This document shows, piece by piece, positions 38,585 through 47,938 of a DNA stretch of 64,000 nt. This DNA comes from an uncultured bacterium (GTDB taxonomy: Bacteria > Babelota > Babeliae > Babelales > Babelaceae). The stretch spans positions 1,312,001 to 1,376,000 of the forward strand of contig OY970209.1 of the NCBI GenBank assembly GCA_963713855.1, given 5' to 3'. The notes beneath the pieces were generated by a model that worked only from the letters and a program-made list of their open reading frames with translations, had not been told where the DNA came from and searched no databases. Position numbers and translations under genes: made by a program. Within the stretch, counting starts at the first letter, position 1; every line of letters starts with the position of its first letter.

Positions 38585-38666
38585 TTTGTTCAAAATTCAA
38601 CCCTATCATAGGTCATTTTTGTTCAAAATTCAAGGCTATAAAGTTTCCTTTTTGTTTGAAAATCAA
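38585..38666 (-). promoter_or_regulatory. Sigma70 promoter overlapped by three 16-bp direct repeats at 33-bp period
   Basis: TTTGTTCAAAATTCAA at 38585 and 38618, degenerate TTTGTTTGAAAATCAA at 38651; the minus strand reads TTGAAT-17 nt-TATGAT (38633..38605). Confidence 0.65.
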
Positions 38667-39151
38667 GGCAGCGCCCAACGATTTCAAATCAACTGCTTCA
38701 TATCGAGTACACGTGCATCTGGGTTCTTAGCAGAGTTTCATAGGGCGCGATTGGTTTATTCATTTTGCGAATAATTCGATAAAGTCGCGAATAAGTCTCC
38801 ATTACTCGCTCACTTTCACAGTTTTATCTCGAACTACGTGCTCCAGATTCGTGACCGTAAGCTCGGCTTTCTGTTCTTCCTGAACAACTGGCGGTACAGT
38901 AAGGCCTGCTGATGCGCTATTACACCGTGATCAACGAAAACGATAATAGCGCGAATGGTTGCACAGCAAATACGAAAAACTAGTACCGATACTAACACAG
39001 TGATGAGCGATCTTGATACCAATGGCCCTCAAAAAAGCGTAGCATTGCGTGTCACATGACTTGGCGAATAACTAATACGCAGTATTTTTAGACTACTTGG
39101 CAAAATCAAGCTAAGCTAGTATCATCAAACTTTTTAATCGAAAAACTGTTT

Positions 39152-40315
39152 ATGAGGAAAAAACTACACCTCCTGTGCGAATTTTCTATACCTCTTATTG
39201 CTGGGGTTATAAGCGCGCTTTTATGGGCTAATATTGACCCTCAAAGTTACTATTGGTTCAATCATGCACAATGTTTCGGTCCAATAAGCTTTCACTTTAT
39301 CACAAATGATATTTTTATGGTTTTCTTCTTTGCCATCGCGGCAGTTGAAATAACCTTGAGCTGTCTTCCAGGCGGCGACTTAAACCCAATAAGTAAAGCG
39401 ATTAATCCCCTTCTTGCAACAATCGGTGGGGTCTTAGGACCTGTGACTGTGTACACACTTTCCAACATCGCGCTAGGATCTGCGTCATTGGCTAACGGCT
39501 GGGGAATTCCAACAGCGACCGATATCGCATTCTCTTGGCTAGCAGCACGCCTCATTTTTGGAAAAAATCACCCAGCTATCTCCTTCTTGCTTTTACTGGC
39601 TATTGCTGATGATGCGATTGGCCTTGGCATTATAGCTTTCTTTTACCCTAACCCTTACCTTCCTGTTGCGCCACTGTGGCTTCTGCTTACAGGCGTTGGC
39701 ATACTCATAGCTTACGCTCTACGGCTTAAAAACGTACAAACATATTGGCCATATATTTTGTTTGGAGGTACTGCGAGCTGGCTTGGGCTTTTTAAAGCAC
39801 ATCTGCATCCGGCTCTCGCTCTCGTTCTTATTGTCCCTTTTCTACCCCATACTAGTAAAACGACCACTCACTTGTTTGAAGAAGGCAAGCGTCCTTCAGC
39901 GCTTGCTAGTTTCATTGATGATTGGAAAGTAATCGTGGATGCAGGACTTTTTATGTTCGGTCTTGCAAACGCCGGAATCCAATTATCGGCTTTTGGCACA
40001 GCAACATGGCTCGTACTCGGCTCTCTCATTATAGGAAAAACAGTGGGCATTTTCATCTTCAGCTTCCTTAGCGATGCGATCGGCTTTTCCCTTCCCAAAG
40101 GAATGAACAAAAAACATCTTCTTGTTAGCGCTGTGCTTGCAGGAATAGGGTTTACGGTAGCGATATTTATCGCTGGAGAGGCTTTTTCAGATCCCGAAAT
40201 CCAAGGGGCTGCCAAAATGGGGGCAATGCTCAGTGTCCTCGCGCTTCCTCTGGCTTTGTTCCTGGCACAAACCTTAGGCGTTAAAAAACGTTCACGGGAG
40301 AATCTCTCATTTTGA
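39152..40315 (+). CDS. nhaA: Na+/H+ antiporter NhaA
   Basis: 'NDIFMVFFF', 'GWGIPTATDIAF', 'LAIADDAIG', 'FGLANAG', 'GKTVGI', 'GIGFTVAIFIA'. Confidence 0.93.
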   Translation: MRKKLHLLCEFSIPLIAGVISALLWANIDPQSYYWFNHAQCFGPISFHFITNDIFMVFFFAIAAVEITLSCLPGGDLNPISKAINPLLATIGGVLGPVTVYTLSNIALGSASLANGWGIPTATDIAFSWLAARLIFGKNHPAISFLLLLAIADDAIGLGIIAFFYPNPYLPVAPLWLLLTGVGILIAYALRLKNVQTYWPYILFGGTASWLGLFKAHLHPALALVLIVPFLPHTSKTTTHLFEEGKRPSALASFIDDWKVIVDAGLFMFGLANAGIQLSAFGTATWLVLGSLIIGKTVGIFIFSFLSDAIGFSLPKGMNKKHLLVSAVLAGIGFTVAIFIAGEAFSDPEIQGAAKMGAMLSVLALPLALFLAQTLGVKKRSRENLSF

Positions 40316-40345
40316 AAAAACTAAGTCACAAGTAAATATTTCAAA

Positions 40346-40374
40346 TTGACATTTTCATCTATGATTGTTACGTT
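40346..40374 (+). promoter_or_regulatory. Putative sigma70 promoter
   Basis: TTGACA-17 nt-TACGTT with an extended -10 TG, upstream of the 40408 ORF. Confidence 0.45.
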
Positions 40375-40407
40375 TTATATGTCACATTAGTTTCTCTCGG
40401 AATAAAA

Positions 40408-41502
40408 ATGCAGGGGCCTATGACGATTATAAGAAAGACACTTTTAGTGCTGCTTGGCCTTCATTTGATAGGGTCCGGAGCTGCTTTTAGTAACACCGCA
40501 GATGAAAACACATCTGACAAGATACGTCCATATGTAGCACTGTTGTTTCCGACTGCTGAAAGTGGATTTTTTGATCTTGTTATTGTACACGTTTTAGGGC
40601 TTCAAAATTTTCAAGCACTTTCATTAGATGAAGAGGTTTCCCATACAAAATTACTGTCTGCTACCGGTAACACGCTCCTTCAGGGAGCTTATGTTATTCC
40701 TGTCATAAATGTTTTGCAGGAATGGGAAGTCGCATTTATGAAGATGATTAAAGAAAATACTCAAGTAAAGCGTGAATACTTAAGTTCCCTCGCATCTATT
40801 GCTTCGGCAGTATCAACAGCACTCACTTTTCATATGCATTACGATGCCCAAATCGCTGGAGTTAAGTCTTTTAAAGGCAAATACATTCCTCTTGCACAAA
40901 TTACCGCGTTAAGTGGCCTAGAAACGCTTGGGTTTCATGCAGCTTTTTCTTTCGGCGCAGCGGCCATTGATAAAGGTCTTGATACTTTACATTCAACAAC
41001 GTCGGATGCAATCGATAAGGTAATGAAACTCGTTCCCGGACAAAAAACTTTTCTCTTAGATCTTATTGTCTGCCACGCATTAGCACACAAAAATTATGAT
41101 GCAGCGGGCCTGGATAAAAAACCGAGCATCGTTAAAGTCGCAAAGGCCTTTGGCACTACGCTAGCTGAGGGCGGTTTTTTAATGTTTACCATATTAAACG
41201 GTGCTCTAAAAATCGAAGACTACTTTAATAAAGCGATGGATCAAGCTCTGGTAATAAAGCGAGATTATGTCGATGCTCTGGTGCATTTAGCGACCGATAT
41301 TTCTTTAGCATTAGCATTTCACATGCATTATGAAAACTCTTTTAATTCTTTATCAAGTGATTCCATGACAAAAACGTATACAAAGCTGGCAAGCATCGTT
41401 GCAAAAACAACGGCTGAAGGCGCTGGTTTTTATGTAGTATTTCGCCTTTTGGGTGCGGGACTTGATAAAAGCTTTGACACTATTAATAGCTACCTTGGGT
41501 AG
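40408..41502 (+). CDS. Hypothetical secreted/membrane protein with an internal two-fold repeat
   Basis: Signal peptide; two ~160-aa halves each with DL(V/I)xxH, KR(E/D)Y, FHMHY, GF and DK.(L/F)DT. Confidence 0.75.
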   Translation: MQGPMTIIRKTLLVLLGLHLIGSGAAFSNTADENTSDKIRPYVALLFPTAESGFFDLVIVHVLGLQNFQALSLDEEVSHTKLLSATGNTLLQGAYVIPVINVLQEWEVAFMKMIKENTQVKREYLSSLASIASAVSTALTFHMHYDAQIAGVKSFKGKYIPLAQITALSGLETLGFHAAFSFGAAAIDKGLDTLHSTTSDAIDKVMKLVPGQKTFLLDLIVCHALAHKNYDAAGLDKKPSIVKVAKAFGTTLAEGGFLMFTILNGALKIEDYFNKAMDQALVIKRDYVDALVHLATDISLALAFHMHYENSFNSLSSDSMTKTYTKLASIVAKTTAEGAGFYVVFRLLGAGLDKSFDTINSYLG

Positions 41503-41681
41503 AATGTGCCCTCGCTTCAGCATCTAAAGGTAAAAGTGGTGGCTTTAGGGTATGTTATTTTTATCATCAAAATAGCAGTACCATTTACTTACTAGTTATA
41601 TTTCCCAAAAATGTTAAAGAAAATTTAACGAGTGATGATACAAGTCAAATAAAACAGATAATTAATGCGCTTAAAAATTAA
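41502..41681 (+). pseudogene. 5'-truncated RelE/HigB-family toxin remnant
   Basis: Manual translation ..ASASKGKSGGFRVCYFY...IYLLVIFPKNVKENLTSDD..ALKN*; no in-frame start after TAG at 41487; the stop abuts the antitoxin ATG. Confidence 0.8.
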
Positions 41682-41993
41682 ATGGCTAAATTTTTTGAAG
41701 GGCTTAAGATGGGACTAGAAGAAGCTTTAGCACATGCGGAAGGAAAGATCACTCTTAGATCTATGATCATAGAAGTACCTGCGCCTCCTACAAAGTATAA
41801 GTTTAAGGACATAAAAAAAATAAGAGAAAAAGGCCGCTATTCTGAAGCTATATTTGCAAGAATATTAAATGTAAGCCCCAGAACTATACAGGCTTGGGAA
41901 TCAGGTCATAGAGCTCCGAGTCAATCAGCATTGCGCCTTCTTGAAATCATAGATAAAGGAATATATCCGCACGAAATGTATAGCAAACATTAG
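41682..41993 (+). CDS. XRE-family HTH antitoxin (HigA-like)
   Basis: 'FFEGLKMGLEEALAH', 'IKKIREK..YSEAIFARILNVSPRTIQAWESGHRAPSQSALRLL'. Confidence 0.88.
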   Translation: MAKFFEGLKMGLEEALAHAEGKITLRSMIIEVPAPPTKYKFKDIKKIREKGRYSEAIFARILNVSPRTIQAWESGHRAPSQSALRLLEIIDKGIYPHEMYSKH

Positions 41994-42022
41994 TGTTTGT
42001 GAAACTCGTGGCTGTTGGTAGG

Positions 42023-42970
42023 TTACATTTTAAAGAGCTTTTTGTACTGACCATATCCTTCTTTTTCAAGATCTGAAAGAGGAATAAAACGCAAAGACGC
42101 CGAATTTATACAGTAGCGTTTTCTAGTCGGCAAAGGACCATCGCTAAAAAGATGCCCTAGATGCGTATCGGCCTTTTTACCACGCACTTCAATACGTGGT
42201 GCTGCCAATTTTCTATCTTCCTTTTGAGTAATGTTTTCTGGCTCAAGAAGCTTTGTAAAGCTTGGCCAGCCCGTTCCAGAGTCATATTTATCAAGTGAAG
42301 AAAAAAGAGGATCTCCAGAAATGCGATCAACGTAGATTCCTGCGGCTTTATTGTTCCAGTACTCATTATTAAATGGGGGCTCAGTTCCATCGCAGCAAAT
42401 CACGTTGTACTGCATCGGTGAGAGCTTACAGTCAGTTTGCTTCTTCCATGCATCCTTTAAGAATGCTTCTCTTCCTGAAGCAGCTTTATACGCTTTGTAA
42501 CGCTCAGGATTCTTCTCATAGTACCGTTGATGGTACTGTTCAGCGGGGTAAAAGTTTGAAAAAGGCCTAAGTTCAGTCACAATGTTTTTAGAAAAAATAT
42601 GGGCGGATTCAAGCCTTTGTTTAGATTCTTGGGCAGTTTCAAGCTGTAAAGGATTCTGATAAAAAATCGCCGTTTTATAATGAGCACCCCGATCAAAAAA
42701 TTGTCCACCAGCATCGGTTGGGTCTATATTCTTCCAAAAAATATCTAAAAGATCTTTAAATGAAACTATTTTTGGATCGTACGTAATGTGAACGGCCTCA
42801 ACATAGCCTTTTTGAGCAAAATCCTCATATGTCGGATTTTCACCTTTACCACCCGCATATCCCACAACAACCTCTAAAACACCTGATGTATTTTCAAAAG
42901 GCTGCACCATACACCAAAAACAACCGCCTGCAAAAGTGGCAGTTTGCTGATTTACTTTGTTTTGAGCCAT
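42023..42970 (-). CDS. msrAB: Bifunctional peptide-methionine sulfoxide reductase MsrA/MsrB
   Basis: 'FAGGCFWC', '[12 protein letters not shown]' (MsrA); 'GTEPPF', 'DSGTGWPSF', '[10 protein letters not shown]', 'RYCINS' (MsrB). Confidence 0.96.
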   Translation of the reverse strand: MAQNKVNQQTATFAGGCFWCMVQPFENTSGVLEVVVGYAGGKGENPTYEDFAQKGYVEAVHITYDPKIVSFKDLLDIFWKNIDPTDAGGQFFDRGAHYKTAIFYQNPLQLETAQESKQRLESAHIFSKNIVTELRPFSNFYPAEQYHQRYYEKNPERYKAYKAASGREAFLKDAWKKQTDCKLSPMQYNVICCDGTEPPFNNEYWNNKAAGIYVDRISGDPLFSSLDKYDSGTGWPSFTKLLEPENITQKEDRKLAAPRIEVRGKKADTHLGHLFSDGPLPTRKRYCINSASLRFIPLSDLEKEGYGQYKKLFKM

Positions 42971-43470
42971 TCGCGATTTTTTCGTTCAAGATTCTTAAAA
43001 AGCAGTGTACGCTTATAAGATGCACCAGTGCAAGAAAACAAAAAAATCAAAGATTTGCCTATAAGGTACTATTCTTCTTAATGAAATTAGCAAAAGTTAA
43101 GAAAAAGGCACCGTGACCTAATTGCGCTACAATCAGAGCTATTGAATACATGGATTATTCCCACTTACATTAAATATCTATGACACCATTGCTAAGACCA
43201 AAAATTATCTTATTACATGTTAAGTAATGTGTTTACTTTAAACAAAGTCATATTTTTAATTATAGTCGTCAATTTTACACTGATTCACATTTATACTTTA
43301 TTTCAAAAAAATATTCATCTAAAATATGATACCATTCTTTTCAATTAAAAATCATCAAAATATCCTTTACTTATCCTATTTTCAGGTTAAAATTTTAATC
43401 TTAAGGTTTAACTTCAAATCCATTTATATTTTTAAATCGGGTTTAATTCAGAAAAAATAGGGAAAACAAA

Positions 43471-45282
43471 ATGAGAAAAAATATAGTGCTAGGTATTGCT
43501 GCTTGCCTCTTGCTTTCGGGCAGCGTGCTGTTGCGCGCTGAGGACGCGTACTCGGTCTTGAAATTGAATAAGAGTGCGACGCTAAAAGAAATCAACAAGG
43601 CCTGCAAGTTGGCACGCTTAGCCAACCACCCCGATGCTAATCAAACGGAAGATGCATCAGCTAATTACAATAAAGTAAATGAAGCATGCGACGCGCTTAA
43701 AAAGCAAGCTGCCCCACCAACTGGGGTTGAAATTATTAAAAATAGAGAATGCAAAAGCTGCAATTTAGACCAAAAAAATTTTTCTTATCGTGATTTTGAA
43801 GGCTTTAACTTTAGTAAATCTTACTTGCGTGCTTCCGATTTTAAAAACGCTAAGCTAAAGAATGCAGATTTTAACAGCGCTCATATTGAAAACGCATCCT
43901 TTATAGGCGCATATCTTGAAAATGCTGTGCTAGAAAATGCGTTTGGTGTTTGCATAGATCCCAATGCGCAGAACCTTAAGGGCTGCACAACATTTGATTA
44001 CGCCCACATGGAAGACGCCAATGTAAAGTATGCGGCATTGCTCGGTGCATCTTTTAAACACGCCATTCTTACCAAAGCTCGTTTTATCGGGGCGGGGTTA
44101 ACGTATGCAGACTTTGAAGGGGCAGATCTGACATCAGCAAGCTTCAGCAAAGCCGATCTTTCTTTTGCCAGGTTTGGAAAAGGCACCAATCATCAAAAAA
44201 AAGTTGCAACGCTCCACAAAACAAACTTTTTTCAAGCAACTTTGTTACAGACCGATTTTATTGGCACTTATATCAACGAATGTTCCTTTAAAAAAGCAAA
44301 AAATCCGGCATTCTTCTTCGGAACACTCATAACGAATAGTGAGTTTGACGAGGCCTCCTTCTCTCAAGCTATCTTTGCACGCGCAAGACTGGTTAACGTT
44401 TCATTTAAAGCAGCAGACCTTACTAATGCCAATTTCAAATCATGCACGTTAGAAAAGGTCAATTTTTATGGTGCAACGTTGGACGGTGCTGACTTTTCAG
44501 AAGCAATTTTCGGACCAGGCGTTGATATAAGCTCAGCAGCTTCGTATAAAGGAATTATATTGCCTGAAGGCTTTACCATTCCGGAAAAAGAGAGGGTAGA
44601 GCCAATGGCTCCTGCTTTTAAACCTGAAAATGAGCCAGTACCCGCGCAAACTGAAGATACCAAAGATACAGAAAAGCCTACAGAAAGTGCTTCAGAGCAA
44701 CCTGTGCCCGGTGAGGAAGCTAAAGACATACCAGCTGCTAATCCGCAAGAAGAGGCAACCAAAGCTGAGACAAAGCCTCAAGACTCTGAGCCAAGTGAAG
44801 AAGAAAACGCGAGCAAGGCACCACAAGAAGATACTAAAGAAAGTGCTGCTCCTCAAGAGACAGCGACGCCGCAAGAAACAGAAAACACCAAAGAAGAAGT
44901 TTTGGCAGCCAACGAACAAGAAACGGTATTCGAAAAACCGTTTGTGATTATGGCTGAAGATGCGCAGTCTACCGAATCAGAAACTGCTGATAAAACTACA
45001 AACGAAACAAAACCAGAAAATAACGAGGCGACGCTTCTAGAAAACGATGCTGACAAAGAGACTCAAAAAGCCGAGACCGTAGCATCTCAAGAAGAACCTG
45101 CTAACACAGACAATCATGATGGACAGAGTGAGAATGATTTTGCAGAAGAGCCAGTAACCGAAGCAGAGCGTAATGATGCGGCAGGAAGTAATAAACAAGA
45201 ACAGCAACAGCCAAGAAAGCCTGAAGGCGAAAAGAGAGAAAGCTTCTTGGTTCAACCTGTTAATCCACTAAGATTCTTTTAA
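43471..45282 (+). CDS. Secreted J-domain + pentapeptide-repeat protein with acidic disordered tail
   Basis: Signal peptide; 'AYSVLKL..SAT..EINKA...HPD...NKVNEACDAL'; A(D/N)F/L pentapeptides; E/T/P-rich C-terminal ~230 aa. Confidence 0.8.
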   Translation: MRKNIVLGIAACLLLSGSVLLRAEDAYSVLKLNKSATLKEINKACKLARLANHPDANQTEDASANYNKVNEACDALKKQAAPPTGVEIIKNRECKSCNLDQKNFSYRDFEGFNFSKSYLRASDFKNAKLKNADFNSAHIENASFIGAYLENAVLENAFGVCIDPNAQNLKGCTTFDYAHMEDANVKYAALLGASFKHAILTKARFIGAGLTYADFEGADLTSASFSKADLSFARFGKGTNHQKKVATLHKTNFFQATLLQTDFIGTYINECSFKKAKNPAFFFGTLITNSEFDEASFSQAIFARARLVNVSFKAADLTNANFKSCTLEKVNFYGATLDGADFSEAIFGPGVDISSAASYKGIILPEGFTIPEKERVEPMAPAFKPENEPVPAQTEDTKDTEKPTESASEQPVPGEEAKDIPAANPQEEATKAETKPQDSEPSEEENASKAPQEDTKESAAPQETATPQETENTKEEVLAANEQETVFEKPFVIMAEDAQSTESETADKTTNETKPENNEATLLENDADKETQKAETVASQEEPANTDNHDGQSENDFAEEPVTEAERNDAAGSNKQEQQQPRKPEGEKRESFLVQPVNPLRFF

Positions 45283-45299
45283 AGTGACAAGGTGATATT

Positions 45300-46349
45300 A
45301 TGAAATTATCGTTGAAAAGAGGGCTTTCTTTAAGCCTACTTCTTATAACAAGCATGACCTCTTTCATGCACGGGCGATCAGCCGTGTATGACATGGTACT
45401 TCGCCGTTCGCTTCTTTCGGTAATGGGAAGAAGAACCGAAGGACTAAGAGCACCAGTAAGCGGGTTTTTCATGCATCATAAAGATGAAACAAAAGATGAG
45501 TACCGGAAAGGCCACTTTCTTGGTGCCCTTGTAGATGCGCGGTACACCTGTCATACCTGGTGGGCAGAAGCCATGACAGCTGTTGCTGTTGAAACAGTGA
45601 AAGATTTCACACACAGCAAAGATGATAAAGCTCAAGAAAGAGACTGCTGCTGCTCAGATAATTGCCACACTGATACACAGTTTCGTCTAGACGATATCCT
45701 GTTTTCATTAGGCCGTGATTATGATTTTGAAGACGGCCAATCGATAAGCTTTTACGGTTTGGTTGGGGTTCCAACACAAAGTCCTGACGCTTTTAAAGCA
45801 CCTTTAGTAGGAACAGGTTTTTATACGCTTGGTGCGGGCTTTGATGGGGAATATCGCTTTTACGAAGAGCAAGATTACGCTATAAGCCTTATTGCTAGTG
45901 GCCGCTTATTCCACAGCTTCAAACGGCGCTTGCATGTCACTTTTAAAGAAAAGAATGGAAAAACCTCACTCGTGCCTGCTGAGGACTTCAATAGACAGGG
46001 TGTTGTTAAGTTTGACATGGGTAATCGCTTTGACGCGCTCGTTGGGGTTGAATACTCTCTTCTAGATCACCGTTTTGAACTGGGATATGCGCCTTCAGTT
46101 CCATTCGGCCAACGTATTCGCATTAAAAACTTTAAAGAAAGTATTTGCGAGTGGAAAAAACACGAAAGTCCCGAAACTGCTTGCAGGCATAAGGTGTACG
46201 GCCAATATCGAGTTCTTCTTCCTCTTATAGATGACTGCCCAATCGCCCTAGGAGTAGGTGTTTCTTACGGTTTTCATAGCTCGGATGAAAAAGACCACCA
46301 CAAGGGTCACGATATTACTGGCTGGATAAGCGCTTCGGTACAATTCTAG
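45300..46349 (+). CDS. Putative outer-membrane beta-barrel protein (paralog of 25161..26087)
   Basis: 'DDILFSLG', 'GLVGVPT', 'LGAGFDGEY', C-terminal 'WISASVQF'; signal peptide. Confidence 0.6.
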   Translation: MKLSLKRGLSLSLLLITSMTSFMHGRSAVYDMVLRRSLLSVMGRRTEGLRAPVSGFFMHHKDETKDEYRKGHFLGALVDARYTCHTWWAEAMTAVAVETVKDFTHSKDDKAQERDCCCSDNCHTDTQFRLDDILFSLGRDYDFEDGQSISFYGLVGVPTQSPDAFKAPLVGTGFYTLGAGFDGEYRFYEEQDYAISLIASGRLFHSFKRRLHVTFKEKNGKTSLVPAEDFNRQGVVKFDMGNRFDALVGVEYSLLDHRFELGYAPSVPFGQRIRIKNFKESICEWKKHESPETACRHKVYGQYRVLLPLIDDCPIALGVGVSYGFHSSDEKDHHKGHDITGWISASVQF

Positions 46350-46424
46350 CCCTTTAAAGCAAGGCTGGCCTCAAGAAAACGTGGGCTTTTTAAGGCTAGG
46401 TATTTTTGAAGTCAGCTTTGCTTT

Positions 46425-46681
46425 TTGCTTTTTTTGCAGAAAAGAATATAATTTCTATTAAGACATCCTAAGGTTGTTGAACAAGTACCTTCAAGTTTGA
46501 GACTTGAAGGAGCTGATGCTCTCTTTTGTTTGCTGCACGGTATCTCGTCCACTTTTAAGAATTTCGCTTATAATGAGTGTTTCTGGAAGGAGAGGTTTTA
46601 AGGCTTTTGCCAACAGTGTGCAGCGTGATTGGTGCCACTTTGGATACGCCTTACAACTTTTATCTTTTATAAGGAAATACT
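46425..46681 (+). promoter_or_regulatory. Promoter and long, partly structured leader of the DEAD-box helicase gene
   Basis: TTGCTT-16 nt-TATAAT (46425-46452), about 230 nt before the ATG; hairpin CCTTCAAGT-TTGAG-ACTTGAAGG at ~46488-46510. Confidence 0.4.
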
Positions 46682-47920
46682 ATGTCATTTAAAGAACTAA
46701 ACCTACATCCATCATTACTCAAGGCTGTTGAGGAAGCGGGATTTGAAAAACCGACACCTATCCAAGAGCGGGCAATACCCCATGTACTTGCTGGAAAAGA
46801 CCTTATGGCCTCTGCTCAAACAGGTACCGGAAAAACCGCTGCTTTCATGTTGCCAGCTCTTCATAAAGTGCTGACTGGTCAAAATCGCAAGGGCCGTGGG
46901 CCGTTAGTGCTCGTCCTTACCCCTACACGAGAGCTTGCAACACAAATAGCGCAAGCTACAAGGATCTATGGAAAGCATGCTCCACATATTAAAACAGTTT
47001 ATATTTTGGGCGGTGTTTCATACGGCGCCCAAGCTCATCAGCTTGCAAGACCGTTTGATATTCTTGTTGCAACACCTGGAAGGCTCATCGATTATCTCGA
47101 GCGAGGAACAATACGATTTGATAGGCTTGAAACGCTCATTCTCGATGAAGCTGATCGTATGCTTGATATGGGCTTTATCGATGCCGTTGAACACATAGTC
47201 AAAGCTCTACCGACTGAGCGCCAGACCTTAATGTTTTCTGCAACACTTAAAGGAAATGTTACCTCCCTCGCACGCACTATGCTCCAAGATCCACTTGAGG
47301 TACATATTACAGCGGCAAAAAATCGGTGCGAAAATATTGAGCAACGCCTTCATTATGTTGATGACCTTCAACATAAAAACAAGCTCCTTTTTCATGTTCT
47401 TGAAGATACCACGATCAATCAAACAATAGTATTTACCGCAACAAAGCGGCATGCAGATAAACTTGTTATAAGTTTATGTGGGCGTGGACACCAAGCAGCC
47501 GCCCTTCATGGTGATATGAGCCAGCGTGAGCGCACACGCACTATGGCCCAGTTTTCACGCGGCGATGTTCGTGTGCTTGTGGCAACTGATGTTGCAGCTC
47601 GTGGTATAGATATACCTGGCATTAGCCATGTCATCAATTTTGACCTACCACAATCAAGCGAGGACTATGTTCACCGCATAGGAAGAACTGGCCGCGCAGG
47701 TGCCTCTGGTATAGCGCTATCTTTCGCTTCGTCAAAGGATATTGGTATGGTTGAAAAAATAGAGCGCTACACGGGCTATCGGTTTGTTCCTGCAACTGTT
47801 CCTGGACTTGAGCCAAAATTTCAGCCATCTTCACAGGCGCATACCCCTTCACGCTACAACCGAAACAGTGCCTACGGCAGGCGTCCCGTTCGTAGAAGCT
47901 ATCAATACGCAAGACCTTAA
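46682..47920 (+). CDS. DEAD-box RNA helicase (RhlE-like)
   Basis: Q motif, 'AQTGTGKT', 'PTRELA', 'TPGRL', 'DEAD', 'SAT', 'ARGID', 'HRIGRTGRAG'. Confidence 0.96.
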   Translation: MSFKELNLHPSLLKAVEEAGFEKPTPIQERAIPHVLAGKDLMASAQTGTGKTAAFMLPALHKVLTGQNRKGRGPLVLVLTPTRELATQIAQATRIYGKHAPHIKTVYILGGVSYGAQAHQLARPFDILVATPGRLIDYLERGTIRFDRLETLILDEADRMLDMGFIDAVEHIVKALPTERQTLMFSATLKGNVTSLARTMLQDPLEVHITAAKNRCENIEQRLHYVDDLQHKNKLLFHVLEDTTINQTIVFTATKRHADKLVISLCGRGHQAAALHGDMSQRERTRTMAQFSRGDVRVLVATDVAARGIDIPGISHVINFDLPQSSEDYVHRIGRTGRAGASGIALSFASSKDIGMVEKIERYTGYRFVPATVPGLEPKFQPSSQAHTPSRYNRNSAYGRRPVRRSYQYARP

Positions 47921-47938
47921 AAGTGAAAAGGGGGGAGC

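Noticed and set aside
38585..38666. Phased direct repeats as a mini-CRISPR array
   Set aside because: A 16-bp repeat with 17-bp spacers is too short, there are only three copies, and there are no cas genes. An operator array fits better.
38780..39030. 62-aa ORF 38834..39022 and a protein-like stretch in another frame
   Set aside because: TTG start and no recognisable motif. It may be a decayed gene, but the evidence is insufficient.
43120..43470. Very AT-rich intergenic region as oriC
   Set aside because: I found no convincing TTATCCACA DnaA boxes and no dnaA nearby. It is adequately explained as a divergent promoter region.
46459..46681. 6S RNA
   Set aside because: No continuous long rod with a central bubble and no terminator before the helicase ATG. 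Kept only as a candidate leader.
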